Source: an uncultured Gemmatimonadaceae bacterium
GTDB lineage: Bacteria > Gemmatimonadota > Gemmatimonadetes > Gemmatimonadales > Gemmatimonadaceae
NCBI GenBank assembly: GCA_963761305.1
Contig: CAVXGK010000002.1
Span: 2,144,001 to 2,208,000, forward strand
Reading direction: 5' to 3'
DNA: 64,000 nt
The translations under genes were made by a program, and so were the position numbers. Shown piece by piece: positions 20,741 to 31,288 of this stretch. How positions within the stretch are numbered: the stretch's first letter is position 1; each line of letters begins with the position of its first letter. The notes under the pieces were generated by a model. It was not told the origin of the DNA. It saw only the letters and a program-made list of their open reading frames with translations, and did not search any database.

Positions 20741-20839
20741 AGCAGATTCCTGAAAAGGGTGGGTTTCCGAGAATGCTACCGACTTCGACAATCCGTACCA
20801 TGGCTCAGTGCGGAAAGTTTCGCGTCCAGCGGCCCGATC

Positions 20840-23107
20840 TCACAGCAGCGCGACGGGGTCCCGGTCGAGCGTGACGCGCAAGTCCGCGCGCTTCGGCACC
20901 TTGAAGCGTTCCATGAAGTACCGCCCCACCTGTGTGAGATCAGCCGGGCGTTCGGACTTGAGCAGCGCGTGCCATCGCCAGCGATTCTTGATTCGCTCGA
21001 TCGGACACGGCGCCGGTCCGATGATGGTGAGTCCTTCGATCGAACGCTTGCTGGTGAGCGCGTTGAGCCACGAGACCGCGGATGCGGCGACGAGCGCGGT
21101 GTCGCTCTCGGTCGTGCCGCTGAACACGATGTTCGCCAACCGAATCGTCGGCGGATATGGCGGCGAAACGCGCGCCTCGAGCTCCTGCCGTACGAACGTC
21201 GCGTAGTCGTGCTTCACCGCGCACACAACGGCATGATGCGTCGGCACGCGCGTCTGGATCAACACGTCGCCGCCGCGCGGCCCTCGCCCCGCTCGCCCAG
21301 CGACCTGACTCAATAGTTGAAAACATCGCTCCGAGGCGCGGAAGTCGGGCAGGTTGATGCCGACATCGGCGTCCACCACGCCGACGAGGGTGACGTTGGG
21401 AAAGTCCAAACCTTTCGCGATCATCTGCGTGCCGAGCAACACATCGACTTCGCCGCGGCCGACGCGATCGAGGATCTCGGCGTGGGCCCATTTGCCGCTC
21501 GTCGTGTCGACGTCCATGCGCGCGATCCGCGCCGACGGAAACCGGTCGGCGAGCAATCGCTCGACTTGCTGTGTGCCAAGCCCGCGCTGTCGAAGCACGC
21601 TGCCCGAGCAGCGCGGGCACGTCGCGGGCCGCGGCTCGGTGTGGCGGCAGTAGTGACAGACGAGCCCTTCGGGCGTGCGATGATACGTGAGGCTGATCGA
21701 GCAATTCGGACACGTCGACACGAAGCCGCAAGTCTCGCATTGAACGAACGCGGCGTAGCCTCGGCGATTCAACAACAGAATGCTCTGTTCTTGTTTCGTG
21801 AGACGGTCCGACAGTGCTTGCTCGAGCTCTTCGCTCAGCACCAGCCGCAGCCAGTCGGCCGCGTCGCGCTCGGCGGGGCGACGCACCGCGGCGGCGCGCG
21901 CCGCCTCGCGGCGATCCACCACCTTCACGACGGGCAGCCGTCCGCCGCCGACGCGTTCCGGCAGCGAGATCAACGTGTACGCGCCGCGCTGCGCGTTCGA
22001 CCAGCTCTCGAGACTCGGCGTCGCGCTGCCGAGGACGACCATCGCTCCCTCGCGGCGCGCGCGAACCATGGCGACCTCGCGCGCGTGATACCGCGGCATC
22101 TCGCCCTGCTTGTAGCTCGACTCGTGCTCTTCGTCGACGACGACGGCGCCGAGGTTGGCGAGCGGCGCGAAGATCGCCGACCGCGCGCCGACGGCGATGC
22201 GCTTGCGGCCTTCGCGGAGCGCGAGCCACTCGTCGTAGCGTTCGCCGTCGCCCAAAGCGCTGTGCAACACCGCGATCGCGTCGCCGAATTCGGCGCGAAA
22301 ACGGTCCACGGTCTGCGGGGTGAGCGCGATCTCGGGCACGAGCACGATCGCCGTCTTTCCCTCTTGCAACACCAGACGCTTGAGCAGCTCGAGGTAGACG
22401 AGCGTCTTGCCGCTGCCGGTGATGCCGTGGAGGAGAAAGACGTCGCCCGGCTTGCCGGCGCCGAGCGTGGCGAGCGCGTCGCGTTGCGCGAGCGACGGTT
22501 CGTGGCCCCTCGCGGACGGCGCGGGCCGATTGATGAACGGATCGCGCGAGACCGTTTCGGTGGCGAGCGACACGAGTTCGCGCTTGACCAGCGTTCGCAG
22601 CACGGCGGGAGAGAACTTGTGCCGCTCCGTGAGATGCTCCACCGGCACCGGTCCGCCCATGGATTCGATCAGCTCGAACAGCGCGCGCTGCTGCGGCGCG
22701 CGTCTGAACTTCTCGTCCCGTTCGATGAGCGACGGCATCTCGTCACGCACGGCGACGACGCGACGCGTGCGTCTCACCGGCTCCGGCACGGCGAGCGACG
22801 ACAACACTGCCGGCAGCGCGCTTCGGATCACGACGCCGACCGGCGCGACGTAGTACTCGGCGATCCAGGCGCAGAGAGCGAGCATCTCCACGCTCATCAC
22901 GGGCGCGGCGTCGGGGATCGACTCGACGCGCTTGGGCGCGACGGTGCCTGGCGCGACGTTCGCCTCGACGATCACTCCCATCGCGCGTCGATTGCGAAAC
23001 GGGACGACGACGCGCATGCCCGGCCGCGCGCGGTCGGCTAGCTCCGGCGGGACCTCGTACGTGAACGTGTTGAAGAGGGGAACTGGGAGCGCGACGGAGA
23101 CGAGCAC
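20840..23107 (-). CDS. priA: Primosomal protein N' (replication restart helicase)
   Basis: LHGITGSGKT, LVPEIALTPQ, VVDEEHE, LGSATPSLES, LNRRGY, CxxC zinc repeats, GTQMIAKGLDFPNVTLV, QVAGRAGR; start near GTG 23107. Confidence 0.97.
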   Translation of the reverse strand: MLVSVALPVPLFNTFTYEVPPELADRARPGMRVVVPFRNRRAMGVIVEANVAPGTVAPKRVESIPDAAPVMSVEMLALCAWIAEYYVAPVGVVIRSALPAVLSSLAVPEPVRRTRRVVAVRDEMPSLIERDEKFRRAPQQRALFELIESMGGPVPVEHLTERHKFSPAVLRTLVKRELVSLATETVSRDPFINRPAPSARGHEPSLAQRDALATLGAGKPGDVFLLHGITGSGKTLVYLELLKRLVLQEGKTAIVLVPEIALTPQTVDRFRAEFGDAIAVLHSALGDGERYDEWLALREGRKRIAVGARSAIFAPLANLGAVVVDEEHESSYKQGEMPRYHAREVAMVRARREGAMVVLGSATPSLESWSNAQRGAYTLISLPERVGGGRLPVVKVVDRREAARAAAVRRPAERDAADWLRLVLSEELEQALSDRLTKQEQSILLLNRRGYAAFVQCETCGFVSTCPNCSISLTYHRTPEGLVCHYCRHTEPRPATCPRCSGSVLRQRGLGTQQVERLLADRFPSARIARMDVDTTSGKWAHAEILDRVGRGEVDVLLGTQMIAKGLDFPNVTLVGVVDADVGINLPDFRASERCFQLLSQVAGRAGRGPRGGDVLIQTRVPTHHAVVCAVKHDYATFVRQELEARVSPPYPPTIRLANIVFSGTTESDTALVAASAVSWLNALTSKRSIEGLTIIGPAPCPIERIKNRWRWHALLKSERPADLTQVGRYFMERFKVPKRADLRVTLDRDPVALL

Positions 23108-23132
23108 GAGACGAAAGGTACCGAGCGCCGTA

Positions 23133-23168
23133 CCTGTCCACCCGTCCACCTGTCCACCTGTCCACCCG
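23133..23168. repeat. 8-bp repeat family, about 4 copies
   Basis: CCTGTCCACCCGTCCACCTGTCCACCTGTCCACCCG between the kinase stop and priA. Confidence 0.8.
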
Positions 23169-25319
23169 CTAATTGGCCCATAGCCCCTCGATCGTCGAGA
23201 TGCTGAGCGGCAGCCGGACGATGAACGTCGTTCCGACGCCGAGCGTGCTCTCGACGCGGACCTTGCCGCCGAGTTGCTCGGTGAGCCGGCGCGCGATGCT
23301 GAGTCCAAGGCCGGTGCCGCCGTAGGAGCGAGTGCGCGACTGGTCGAGTTGGCGGAAGTCTTCCCAGATCGCCTCGATCTCGTCGGGGCGAATGCCGACG
23401 CCCGTGTCGGACACGCGCACGATGACGGCGTCGCTCTCGCGCTCGACTTGCAGCCGGATGGCGCCGCGATTCGTGAACTTCACGGCGTTCGACAGCAGGT
23501 TGAGGAGGATCTGCTTGAGCTTCGTCTTGTCCGTCTGGAGCGGCGGGCAGTGCGCGGCGATCACCTTGCGGAACGCGAGCCGCTTGGACGTCATCATCGG
23601 CTCGACCTGCTCCGCCACCTCGTTGATGAGATCCTCGAGGATGACGCGCTCGACGTGGACGGGCATCTTCCCCGCCTCGATGCGCGACAGGTCGAGGATG
23701 TCGTTGATGAGCGAGAGGAGATGATGCGCCGCGGCGCGGCTGCGCGTGACGTAGTCGCGCTGCGCTTCACTGAGCTCGCCGGCGATTCCATCGAGAAGCA
23801 GCGCCGAGTAGCCGATGACGGCGTTGAGTGGCGTGCGCAGCTCGTGCGACACGCTGGCGAGGAAGTCGGTCTTGAGCTTGTTGGCCTTCGCCAGCTCCTC
23901 GGATTGCCAGAGCAGTCGTTCGTTCTGTTGGGCGAGGTCCGAGGTCGCGGCGACGATGCGTCCTTCCAGCTCGCCGTTGAGCTGTTTGAGCGCGTCGTAG
24001 AGGCGCTCGTTCTCGACCTGTTGCGTGAGGTCGTGCAACACGGAGACGATGGCGATCGCTTCGCCGCGATCGTTGCGGATCTTGCCCGATACGACTTCCA
24101 CGGGGAGCGACGCGCCGTTCATCGGATGCACCAGCGACATGCGCTCTCGCTTGAGCCGCTGGTCGGTGAGCGCGAAGTCCGAAATGAACGACGTGAACAT
24201 CGTGTCGTTCTGCCGCACCGCTTGCGACACGCGATAGCTGCGCGACCCGCCGCGCGGGCCGTGAAAGAGCTGCTCCGCCTCGTCGTTCATGAGGATGATG
24301 TTGGCGGCGCGGTCGGTGACGAGGATCGGGTCGGCGACGTTCTCGAGAATGAGATTGAGCCGGTCGCGCTCATCGGTCGCTTCGATCTCCGCTTGGCGCA
24401 CGCGCTGTACCTGCCGCTCCAACTCGTTCGACGCGCGGCGCAGGTCGGTCACGTCGCGCAGCACCGAGAGCATCGCGTCGTCGGGACCCATGCGCTCGGC
24501 GAGCGGATGGGTCAGTACTTCGAACAGCAGGTCGTGGCCTTCGTCGGGGTCGACGAGATTGAGCTCGCGCGATCCGCCGGCGTTCGAACCGCTGCTCGTC
24601 GTGCGCGAAAGAAAGGAGTTGAAGAGCAGGTTGTTGACCTCGACGGCGCGCCGGCGTCCCTGCGAATCGACGTCGTTCGCGAAGAGCAGATTTTCGGCGC
24701 GCTTGTTCTGGACGACGATGTTGTTCCACGCGTCGGTGATCACGACCGGGTCGGGCAGCGAATCGACCATTTGCTGGAAGCGGCCGCGCTCCTGAATCGT
24801 GCGCTCGTGGCCGCGTTCGACGTGCAGGTGCGCGGCGACGCGCGCGATGACCGGCCCGGCGTAGATCACGATCGCTGCCGCGTCGTCGACGACGGGAGGC
24901 GACAGCGCGACGTCCACGATCACGACGCCGCCCGGCGCGCCGGCGAAGCGCGGCATCGGCAACGCCGTCCATTCGTCGAAGCGGATGGGGCTCGGCGAGG
25001 GCGGCGCCGCGTCGGCGACGACCGGCCGCTGCGCAATCGTCGCCGCCATCCAGGGATGCGCGCGCTCGGCGATCACGAGTTCGATCGGCGCGTCGTCGAG
25101 CCCCGAGTGCGACACGAGCACAAGTTGGTGGTCCGCCGCGTCGAATCCGAACAGACACGCGCGACGCGCGCCCGTCGCCGACAGCACGTGACCCAGCAGG
25201 AATCCGGCGGCCGCGTCGAGGTCGGGCGCCTCGGCCAGCGCGGCCAGCAACGCGAGCTGAGTCCGATCGCTCGCCGGACGGGCGCGGCCAACGGACATCG
25301 ATTCCACCGTCATGACCAC
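23169..25319 (-). CDS. Cytoplasmic GAF-like/PAS/PAS histidine kinase
   Basis: Two PAS repeats (SLPDPVVITD...RDVT; NVADPILVTD...HDLT), FLASVSHELRTPL, NLLSNAVKFT, DTGVGI, GGTGLGL. Confidence 0.92.
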   Translation of the reverse strand: MVMTVESMSVGRARPASDRTQLALLAALAEAPDLDAAAGFLLGHVLSATGARRACLFGFDAADHQLVLVSHSGLDDAPIELVIAERAHPWMAATIAQRPVVADAAPPSPSPIRFDEWTALPMPRFAGAPGGVVIVDVALSPPVVDDAAAIVIYAGPVIARVAAHLHVERGHERTIQERGRFQQMVDSLPDPVVITDAWNNIVVQNKRAENLLFANDVDSQGRRRAVEVNNLLFNSFLSRTTSSGSNAGGSRELNLVDPDEGHDLLFEVLTHPLAERMGPDDAMLSVLRDVTDLRRASNELERQVQRVRQAEIEATDERDRLNLILENVADPILVTDRAANIILMNDEAEQLFHGPRGGSRSYRVSQAVRQNDTMFTSFISDFALTDQRLKRERMSLVHPMNGASLPVEVVSGKIRNDRGEAIAIVSVLHDLTQQVENERLYDALKQLNGELEGRIVAATSDLAQQNERLLWQSEELAKANKLKTDFLASVSHELRTPLNAVIGYSALLLDGIAGELSEAQRDYVTRSRAAAHHLLSLINDILDLSRIEAGKMPVHVERVILEDLINEVAEQVEPMMTSKRLAFRKVIAAHCPPLQTDKTKLKQILLNLLSNAVKFTNRGAIRLQVERESDAVIVRVSDTGVGIRPDEIEAIWEDFRQLDQSRTRSYGGTGLGLSIARRLTEQLGGKVRVESTLGVGTTFIVRLPLSISTIEGLWAN

Positions 25320-25349
25320 GACAATCTTTCCTGCGCCAACCAGCGTCCG

Positions 25350-26156
25350 CTAGTCCGCCTTCTCCAGCTTCAGCTTGATGTTGACGAAGTTGTAGGGCGG
25401 CCATGGGCCGGAGTACTTGAACGAAAGCACGTCTTCGTACCTTCGGCTCGTCTCCTTCACCCGGTCGTCGAACGCTTGTTCCTGCGCGCGTTCGACGAGG
25501 AACGCGGCGTTGAGAATCATGCGATCGCCGATCGGCTTGTTCGACCGGCTCGCCACCGCGACCTGCTTGAGCGCGTCGTGCACGTCGGCGACGTATTGCG
25601 AGCTCATCTCCTCGAGCGCCGAGTCGACGAGACGGCCCAACTGCATGCGGGCAAAGTACGTGGACGTCGTCGTGTGTCGGCTGATTTCGTCCTTGAGTCT
25701 GCTGATCTCGTCGTTCTGTCGCTCGAGATTGGCGATGACCTTCTCGCGGTCCCAGAGGACTTTCAGTCCGAACTCGATCTTGTCCTGCATCTTGTCGAGC
25801 ACGTCACTGAACGCCTGATACGTCGAACGAAGGAGCTCCGTCACGTCTTCCTCGGAGCGGAAGACGGTGCCGAACGACATCGGGATGACCGTGAATTCCT
25901 TCATCACCGTTTCGTTCACGAACTCGTGCGCCAGAACGTTCTCGCGCGTGGGGTCGTAGATGACGATCGGCGTGTCACTCACCACCGCGGCGAGATCCTG
26001 GAACGCCACGGTAAACACGCGCTGTCCGCCGCCGATGCCGATAGCGCCAAAGTCACGCTGGCGCTCGCTGCGGACGATGCAATACACGTATTTTCCACCC
26101 TCTACCCCGCCCGCCGCCAACACCGGCGCCGCTTCTACGATCTGGGGCTCAGGCAT
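25350..26156 (-). CDS. GvpL/GvpF-family protein
   Basis: KYVYCIV, LAAVVSD, AHEFVNE, VIPMSFGTVF, EFGLKV, LNAAFLV, SGPWPPYNFV. Confidence 0.9.
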   Translation of the reverse strand: MPEPQIVEAAPVLAAGGVEGGKYVYCIVRSERQRDFGAIGIGGGQRVFTVAFQDLAAVVSDTPIVIYDPTRENVLAHEFVNETVMKEFTVIPMSFGTVFRSEEDVTELLRSTYQAFSDVLDKMQDKIEFGLKVLWDREKVIANLERQNDEISRLKDEISRHTTTSTYFARMQLGRLVDSALEEMSSQYVADVHDALKQVAVASRSNKPIGDRMILNAAFLVERAQEQAFDDRVKETSRRYEDVLSFKYSGPWPPYNFVNIKLKLEKAD

Positions 26157-26340
26157 GCCTGTCCTCTGTTTGGAAAAGCCGACTCTGCCGCACGGAACTG
26201 TGGAAGCTTTGCACGCGGATAGGCCGAGCGCTAGTCACGGCCGCCAAGTTTATAGCCCTCCATCGCTTCCGGACCTGCCCGGCGAGCATCGACGCCGAAC
26301 AGGGCTCGTTGACTGGCGATCGCGCGCCCGTTGTGTCCGC

Positions 26341-27897
26341 TTGGCGTTTGTGACCTCGCTCACGCTAGCAATCGTTGGGCCCGCGCGCGCGCAGTCGAAT
26401 TCGCCGGACGCTCTCCGTACCCGCGTGCGCGCCTATCGGACCGCGCACGACACGTCAATCGTGCGCGAGTTGCGGGACTTCGTCGCCATCCCGAACGTCG
26501 CATCTGACACCGCCAACATTCGACGCAACGCTTTGCGCCTTCGAGAGATGATGGCGACGCGGGGCATCGCGGCGAGGATTCTCGAGTCGCCGGAAGGCGG
26601 GTCACCGGTGGTCTACGGCGAGCTGCCGTCTCCCGGCGCGACGAAGACCGTCGTCTTCTACGCGCACTACGACGGCCAGCCGGTCGACCCGTCGCAATGG
26701 ACGTCGCCGCCGTGGAGCCCCGTCCTCCTCGACAAGACCCTCGAGTCCGGCGGCCGGCCGGTTCCCGCGCCGACCACGCTCGGCGCGATGCAGGGCGAGT
26801 GGCGGCTCTACGGCCGGTCGTCGAGCGACGACAAGGCGCCGATCGTCGCGATGCTCACGGCCATCGACGCACTCAAGGCGGCGGGGGTGCAACCGTCGGT
26901 GAATCTCAAGCTGTTCTTCGAGGGGGAGGAGGAGGCCGGGTCCGGCCACCTCGAGCCGATGCTCGTCCGAAACGCGAACCTTCTGCGGGCCGACGCATGG
27001 CTCTTCGGCGACGGCCCGGTTCACCAGTCCCGGCGGCAGCAGGTGGTGTTCGGCGTCCGCGGCGTGACCGGCGCCGAGATCACGCTGTATGGCCCGTCGC
27101 ACGCGCTCCACAGCGGACACTACGGCAACTGGGCGCCCAATCCGGTCACGATGCTGGCGAATCTCATCGCCAGCATGCGGAACGACGACGGCCGGATTCT
27201 GATCTCACACTTCTACGACGACGTCGTGCCGGTCTCGCCGGCCGAGCGGCGCGCGCTGGCGAGCATTCCGCCGGTGGATTCGGCGCTGCGCGCCGAGACT
27301 CAGCTCGGCGCGACCGAGGCGAGCGACGCGGCGCTCGTCGAACGCATCATGCTCCCGGCGCTCAATCTGCGCGGAATTCGCGGCGGAGCGGTCGGAGCCA
27401 CGGCGTCGAACGCGATTCCGACCGAGGCCACGGCATCGATCGACTTCCGCCTCGTGCCGCGGCAGACGCCTGAGCACGTACGGCGCCTGGTCGAAACGCA
27501 CATTCGCGAGCGCGGCTACACGATCGTCCAGCACACGCCGACGGCCGACGAACGGATGCACCACCCGCGCATCGCCAAGGTGACGTGGGAAGCCGGCTAT
27601 CCGCCGACGCGTGTGCCGATGGACGCGCCGTTGTCGCAAGCCGTGCTGCGCGCGACGCAGGAAGCCGTCGGCGGCCCGGTGGTCGCGCTCCCGACGCTGG
27701 GAGGGAGCTTGCCGATGTACACGTTCGAGAAGGTCCTGCACGTGCCGCTCATCGTGCTGCCGATCGTGAACCACGACAACAACCAGCACGCGGCGAACGA
27801 GAACGTGCGGCTCCAGAATCTGTTCGACGGGATCGATGTGTACGCCTGCGTGCTGGCGCGGCTCGGGACATACTGGGATAGTCGGATTCGTCCGTGA
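26341..27897 (+). CDS. M20/M25/M40 metallopeptidase (exported)
   Basis: YAHYDGQP, GRSSSDDK, EGEEE, HSGHYG, NQHAANEN; signal-like LAFVTSLTLAIVGPARA; start approximate. Confidence 0.88.
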   Translation: MAFVTSLTLAIVGPARAQSNSPDALRTRVRAYRTAHDTSIVRELRDFVAIPNVASDTANIRRNALRLREMMATRGIAARILESPEGGSPVVYGELPSPGATKTVVFYAHYDGQPVDPSQWTSPPWSPVLLDKTLESGGRPVPAPTTLGAMQGEWRLYGRSSSDDKAPIVAMLTAIDALKAAGVQPSVNLKLFFEGEEEAGSGHLEPMLVRNANLLRADAWLFGDGPVHQSRRQQVVFGVRGVTGAEITLYGPSHALHSGHYGNWAPNPVTMLANLIASMRNDDGRILISHFYDDVVPVSPAERRALASIPPVDSALRAETQLGATEASDAALVERIMLPALNLRGIRGGAVGATASNAIPTEATASIDFRLVPRQTPEHVRRLVETHIRERGYTIVQHTPTADERMHHPRIAKVTWEAGYPPTRVPMDAPLSQAVLRATQEAVGGPVVALPTLGGSLPMYTFEKVLHVPLIVLPIVNHDNNQHAANENVRLQNLFDGIDVYACVLARLGTYWDSRIRP

Positions 27898-27965
27898 GAC
27901 TGCCGCCTAGCCCGGCGAGCGCGCGAAAGAATTTGAACGAGATGGTTACCAAAATCGCGCAACGT

Positions 27966-29261
27966 TCAGACCGGCACGCCGCGGCGCCGCAGGAGCGCGA
28001 GAACCTCCTCGCTTGCCTGTATGCCATCGAGCTTTGCCGGGATCAACGCGCCGCCGTCGAGCAGCGTGTCGACGACGCCCGCGTAGTCGGCGGTTGGTCG
28101 TCCCCACCCGTGGAGCGATCCGTAGAACGCCCAATCGAGGGGGGTCCCGTCGTGATCCGCGTCCCGGGTCCCGGTCGGCGCGCCGCGACTGATGAGCAGG
28201 GTCGCGATCTCGACGTCGCCGTGGAAGCCGGCCCAATGGAGCGCCGTTACCCGCCTCGGCATCGCAGCGCCGGAAGGCCAGCCCGCATCGAGGAATAACC
28301 GCACCGCGTTCGCGTTGGACGCCTCCGCCGCGATCGGCAAGCGCGCGAGCTCATCTTCTCCCAACGTCTCGACGATTCCCGCGTGCTTCGCGAGCAACGC
28401 CTTCGCGTCACGCTCCTGGCCCAGCTCGAGCAGCACCGCGAGCGCGAATGCGGCCCGCGTGCGCGACATCAGGAGCGCAAACACGTCCTCGTGCTTGAAG
28501 TCGCGCGCGATCTCGTGCGCGGTCTTTTGGCCGCCGAGCGTCCAGGTGTAGATCGTGCCGCCGGCGCGTGGATCTCGTTTGGGGAAATACCGCTCGTTGA
28601 CGACAGTTCGCACGCTCGCCGGCGCGTCGTCGAGGAATTTCCGCACCAGATCCACGTCGCCGAGGGCGGCGGCCATCAGGATGTCGGTCTTGCCGCCGCG
28701 CGAGACGAGAAAGCGCGAGACGTCCTGTCGCTCTCGAATTGCCCATTGGGCAGCGGTCGATTCGTGATCCACATCGATGGCGTCGATGTCGGCGCCGGCG
28801 TCGAGGAGGAGGCTCGCCACTTCGACGTTCGCCGCGTAATGAAGCGGGAACTGCCCGTCGCCGCCGCGCGCATGAACGGCGGCGGGATCGGCGCGCAGAA
28901 TGCTCTCGACTTCGTCGAGCCATCCGAGGCGCGCCGCCGCGTGCAGCGTCAGCACCGCACCTCGCTCGCGAAGAAACGGCACCAGCGACGCGTCGGCCGA
29001 GTCGATTGGACCGAAGCTCCCGGCCCACCAATGACTGCGCGCGTTGACGTCGGCGCCGGCGCGAACGAGGACGTCGATCATCTCGCGCCGGTTGTGCTCG
29101 ACGGGACGCCGCAGAATCGTCCCGCCGAACGATTCGCCGGGCGCGTTGTCGTTCAGCCGCGATGAAAGCGACGGATCGGACGCGAGGATCGCCTTGGCGC
29201 GCTCGACATCATCGCCACGGACAGCGGCCGCCAGGTCGGCGAACGCGTCGTCGCTCGTCAC
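27966..29261 (-). CDS. Ankyrin-repeat protein
   Basis: Repeats GADVNA, LHAAARLG, GQFPLHYA, TALHWAGFHG, GTPLDWA. Confidence 0.88.
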   Translation of the reverse strand: MTSDDAFADLAAAVRGDDVERAKAILASDPSLSSRLNDNAPGESFGGTILRRPVEHNRREMIDVLVRAGADVNARSHWWAGSFGPIDSADASLVPFLRERGAVLTLHAAARLGWLDEVESILRADPAAVHARGGDGQFPLHYAANVEVASLLLDAGADIDAIDVDHESTAAQWAIRERQDVSRFLVSRGGKTDILMAAALGDVDLVRKFLDDAPASVRTVVNERYFPKRDPRAGGTIYTWTLGGQKTAHEIARDFKHEDVFALLMSRTRAAFALAVLLELGQERDAKALLAKHAGIVETLGEDELARLPIAAEASNANAVRLFLDAGWPSGAAMPRRVTALHWAGFHGDVEIATLLISRGAPTGTRDADHDGTPLDWAFYGSLHGWGRPTADYAGVVDTLLDGGALIPAKLDGIQASEEVLALLRRRGVPV

Positions 29262-30280
29262 CGGCGAGCGACTCCGAGCCCGGGAGCGTCGGGAATGGCG
29301 ATGCGCCCCCGCTCGATCGTCGCGCCGCGGTACGGATCGTCAGAAAGCAACGCAGCCCCATCAAAGTCGGCGTAGTCCAAGAGCGGCGCGAAGTGCGCCG
29401 CGGCGGTGATTCCGAGGCTCGTCTCGATCATGCAGCCGGCCATGACGAGCATGCCGTGTGCCCGGGCGGTCGCGATCATCTTGAGCGCTTCACGCAATCC
29501 GCCGCACTTCGAGAGCTTGATGTTGATCCCGTCGACGATGCCGGCCAGTCGCGCCACATCGGTGGGCCCGATGCAGGACTCGTCGGCGATCACCGGCAGA
29601 CGCGACCGCTCGCGTACGAACCTGAGCCCCTCGAGATCGTGCGCCGCGACGGGCTGCTCGACGTACTCGACGCCGCACTCCACCAACACGTCGATCATAC
29701 GCAGCGCGTGCTTGGGCGTCCACGCCGCGTTGGCGTCCACTCGAAGCACCTTGTCCGGCGCCGCCTGTCGCACCGACTGAATGATCCGCTCGTCGCGATC
29801 CGTGCCCAGCTTCACCTTGAGAACCGGATACGGCGCCGCGTCGGCGATGCGCTTGCGCAGCTCGTCATCGTTGGCCGCAATCGCGATCGTGAAGCTCGAG
29901 AGCGGCGCGCGCGCGGGATCGAGGCCCCACATTTTGTAGACGGGGACTCCGAGCCTCTTGCCGGCGAGATCATGCAACGCCGCGCTGATCGCCGACTTGG
30001 CCGAGCCGTTGAACCGGAGCGCGCGCCCCAAGTCGGCTTCGATGTCCTCGAGGTGCCACGGATCGGCCGCGGTGACGACCGGCGCCAGACGCTCCAGCGC
30101 GGCGACGGCCGTGTCGACGGTCTCGCCGTAGAAGCGATTCGGCGCGGCCTCGCCCCAACCTTCACAGCCGTCGTCGTCGATCAGCCGAACGCGAACGAGG
30201 CGATGTTCGCTCGCGCCACCGCGCGCGATGACGAACGGGTGCGTCGTGTGAACCGTCGAGGTGTCGTGCTCGAGCCTCAT
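29258..30280 (-). CDS. L-Ala-D/L-Glu dipeptide epimerase (enolase superfamily)
   Basis: PFVIARG, GWGEA, KVKLG, RVDAN, EQP, ADES, NIKLSK, GCMIET, DFDG; start MRLEHDT. Confidence 0.92.
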   Translation of the reverse strand: MRLEHDTSTVHTTHPFVIARGGASEHRLVRVRLIDDDGCEGWGEAAPNRFYGETVDTAVAALERLAPVVTAADPWHLEDIEADLGRALRFNGSAKSAISAALHDLAGKRLGVPVYKMWGLDPARAPLSSFTIAIAANDDELRKRIADAAPYPVLKVKLGTDRDERIIQSVRQAAPDKVLRVDANAAWTPKHALRMIDVLVECGVEYVEQPVAAHDLEGLRFVRERSRLPVIADESCIGPTDVARLAGIVDGINIKLSKCGGLREALKMIATARAHGMLVMAGCMIETSLGITAAAHFAPLLDYADFDGAALLSDDPYRGATIERGRIAIPDAPGLGVARR

Positions 30281-31284
30281 CGCCCCGAGAGCAATCCCGC
30301 GCGACGCACGACCGCCGCCATGCGATACTGCTGCGAGCCGTCGGCCGTCGATCGCAGGAAACCGATCAGCGCGTCGGCAAGGTCGTTGCCTCGCGCATAG
30401 CGCGCCGACGGCGCCTTGGCGAGGCACTTCATGACGATTTCCGAAAGTGACGGCGGCACGAGCGGGTTCGCCGTCGACGGTGCGACGGCGTTGTCGTGCA
30501 CCTGCTTGTAGCTCACCGAAAACGCGTCGGCAGCGTCGAACGGCGGGATGCCGATGAGCGACTCGTACAACAGAATGCCGATGGCGTAGATGTCGCTGCG
30601 ACCGTCCACGAGCTTGCCCATCGCCTGTTCGGGCGACATGTAGTGCGGCGTGCCCATCGCGCGGCCGGTCGCCGTGAGCCGGCCGTGAAAACGCGCCGTG
30701 GCGATCCCGAAGTCGGTGATGATGGCGTTCCCGTCTTCGTCGAACAGGACGTTGTCGGGCTTGACGTCGCGATGCACGACGCCGCGTCGATGCGCGTAGT
30801 CGAGCGCGCACGCCACCTGCGCGGCGACCGCCGCCGCCGTGAGGGGCTCGACCCGCCGGTTGTTCTGAATGAGGTCCGCCAGCGCGCCGCCTTCGAGGAA
30901 CGGCATGACCGTGTACACGACGTCGTCCGTCGCGCCGTAGTCCAGGATCGGGCAGATGTGCGGATGCACCAGCTTGGCCGCCGCCTCCGCTTCGCGCCGG
31001 AATCGCTCGGCGACTTCGGCGTCGCGCGCCAGATGCGGATGCAGCACCTTGATCACGACCTGCCGCTCGAGCTGCGCCTGCTCGGCGATGTAGACCTCGG
31101 CCATGCCACCGCCGCCGTGGCGGCGGAGCACGCGATACCGGCTGCCCGTCGCGCGGCGAAGTCGCGTCAGCTCGTCGTCCGGGCGCTCGAACGCGCCGCG
31201 CTTGAGCTCCGGCAGCTGCTCGCCGCAGCGGTCACATACCGCCGACGACGCGCGATTCCAGGTGCCGCACTGAGGACAGAACAC
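30277..31284 (-). CDS. Ser/Thr protein kinase with N-terminal zinc ribbon
   Basis: FCPQCG...CDRCG, GGGGMAEVY, VIK, HRDVKPDN, DFG, GTPHYMSPE; no TM; start GTG 31284. Confidence 0.93.
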   Translation of the reverse strand: MFCPQCGTWNRASSAVCDRCGEQLPELKRGAFERPDDELTRLRRATGSRYRVLRRHGGGGMAEVYIAEQAQLERQVVIKVLHPHLARDAEVAERFRREAEAAAKLVHPHICPILDYGATDDVVYTVMPFLEGGALADLIQNNRRVEPLTAAAVAAQVACALDYAHRRGVVHRDVKPDNVLFDEDGNAIITDFGIATARFHGRLTATGRAMGTPHYMSPEQAMGKLVDGRSDIYAIGILLYESLIGIPPFDAADAFSVSYKQVHDNAVAPSTANPLVPPSLSEIVMKCLAKAPSARYARGNDLADALIGFLRSTADGSQQYRMAAVVRRAGLLSGR

Positions 31285-31288
31285 TCGG

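Noticed and set aside
23274..26222. 982-aa plus-strand ORF and many similar long antisense ORFs
   Set aside because: Stop-poor antisense frames typical of high-GC DNA, opposite well-supported genes and lacking motifs.
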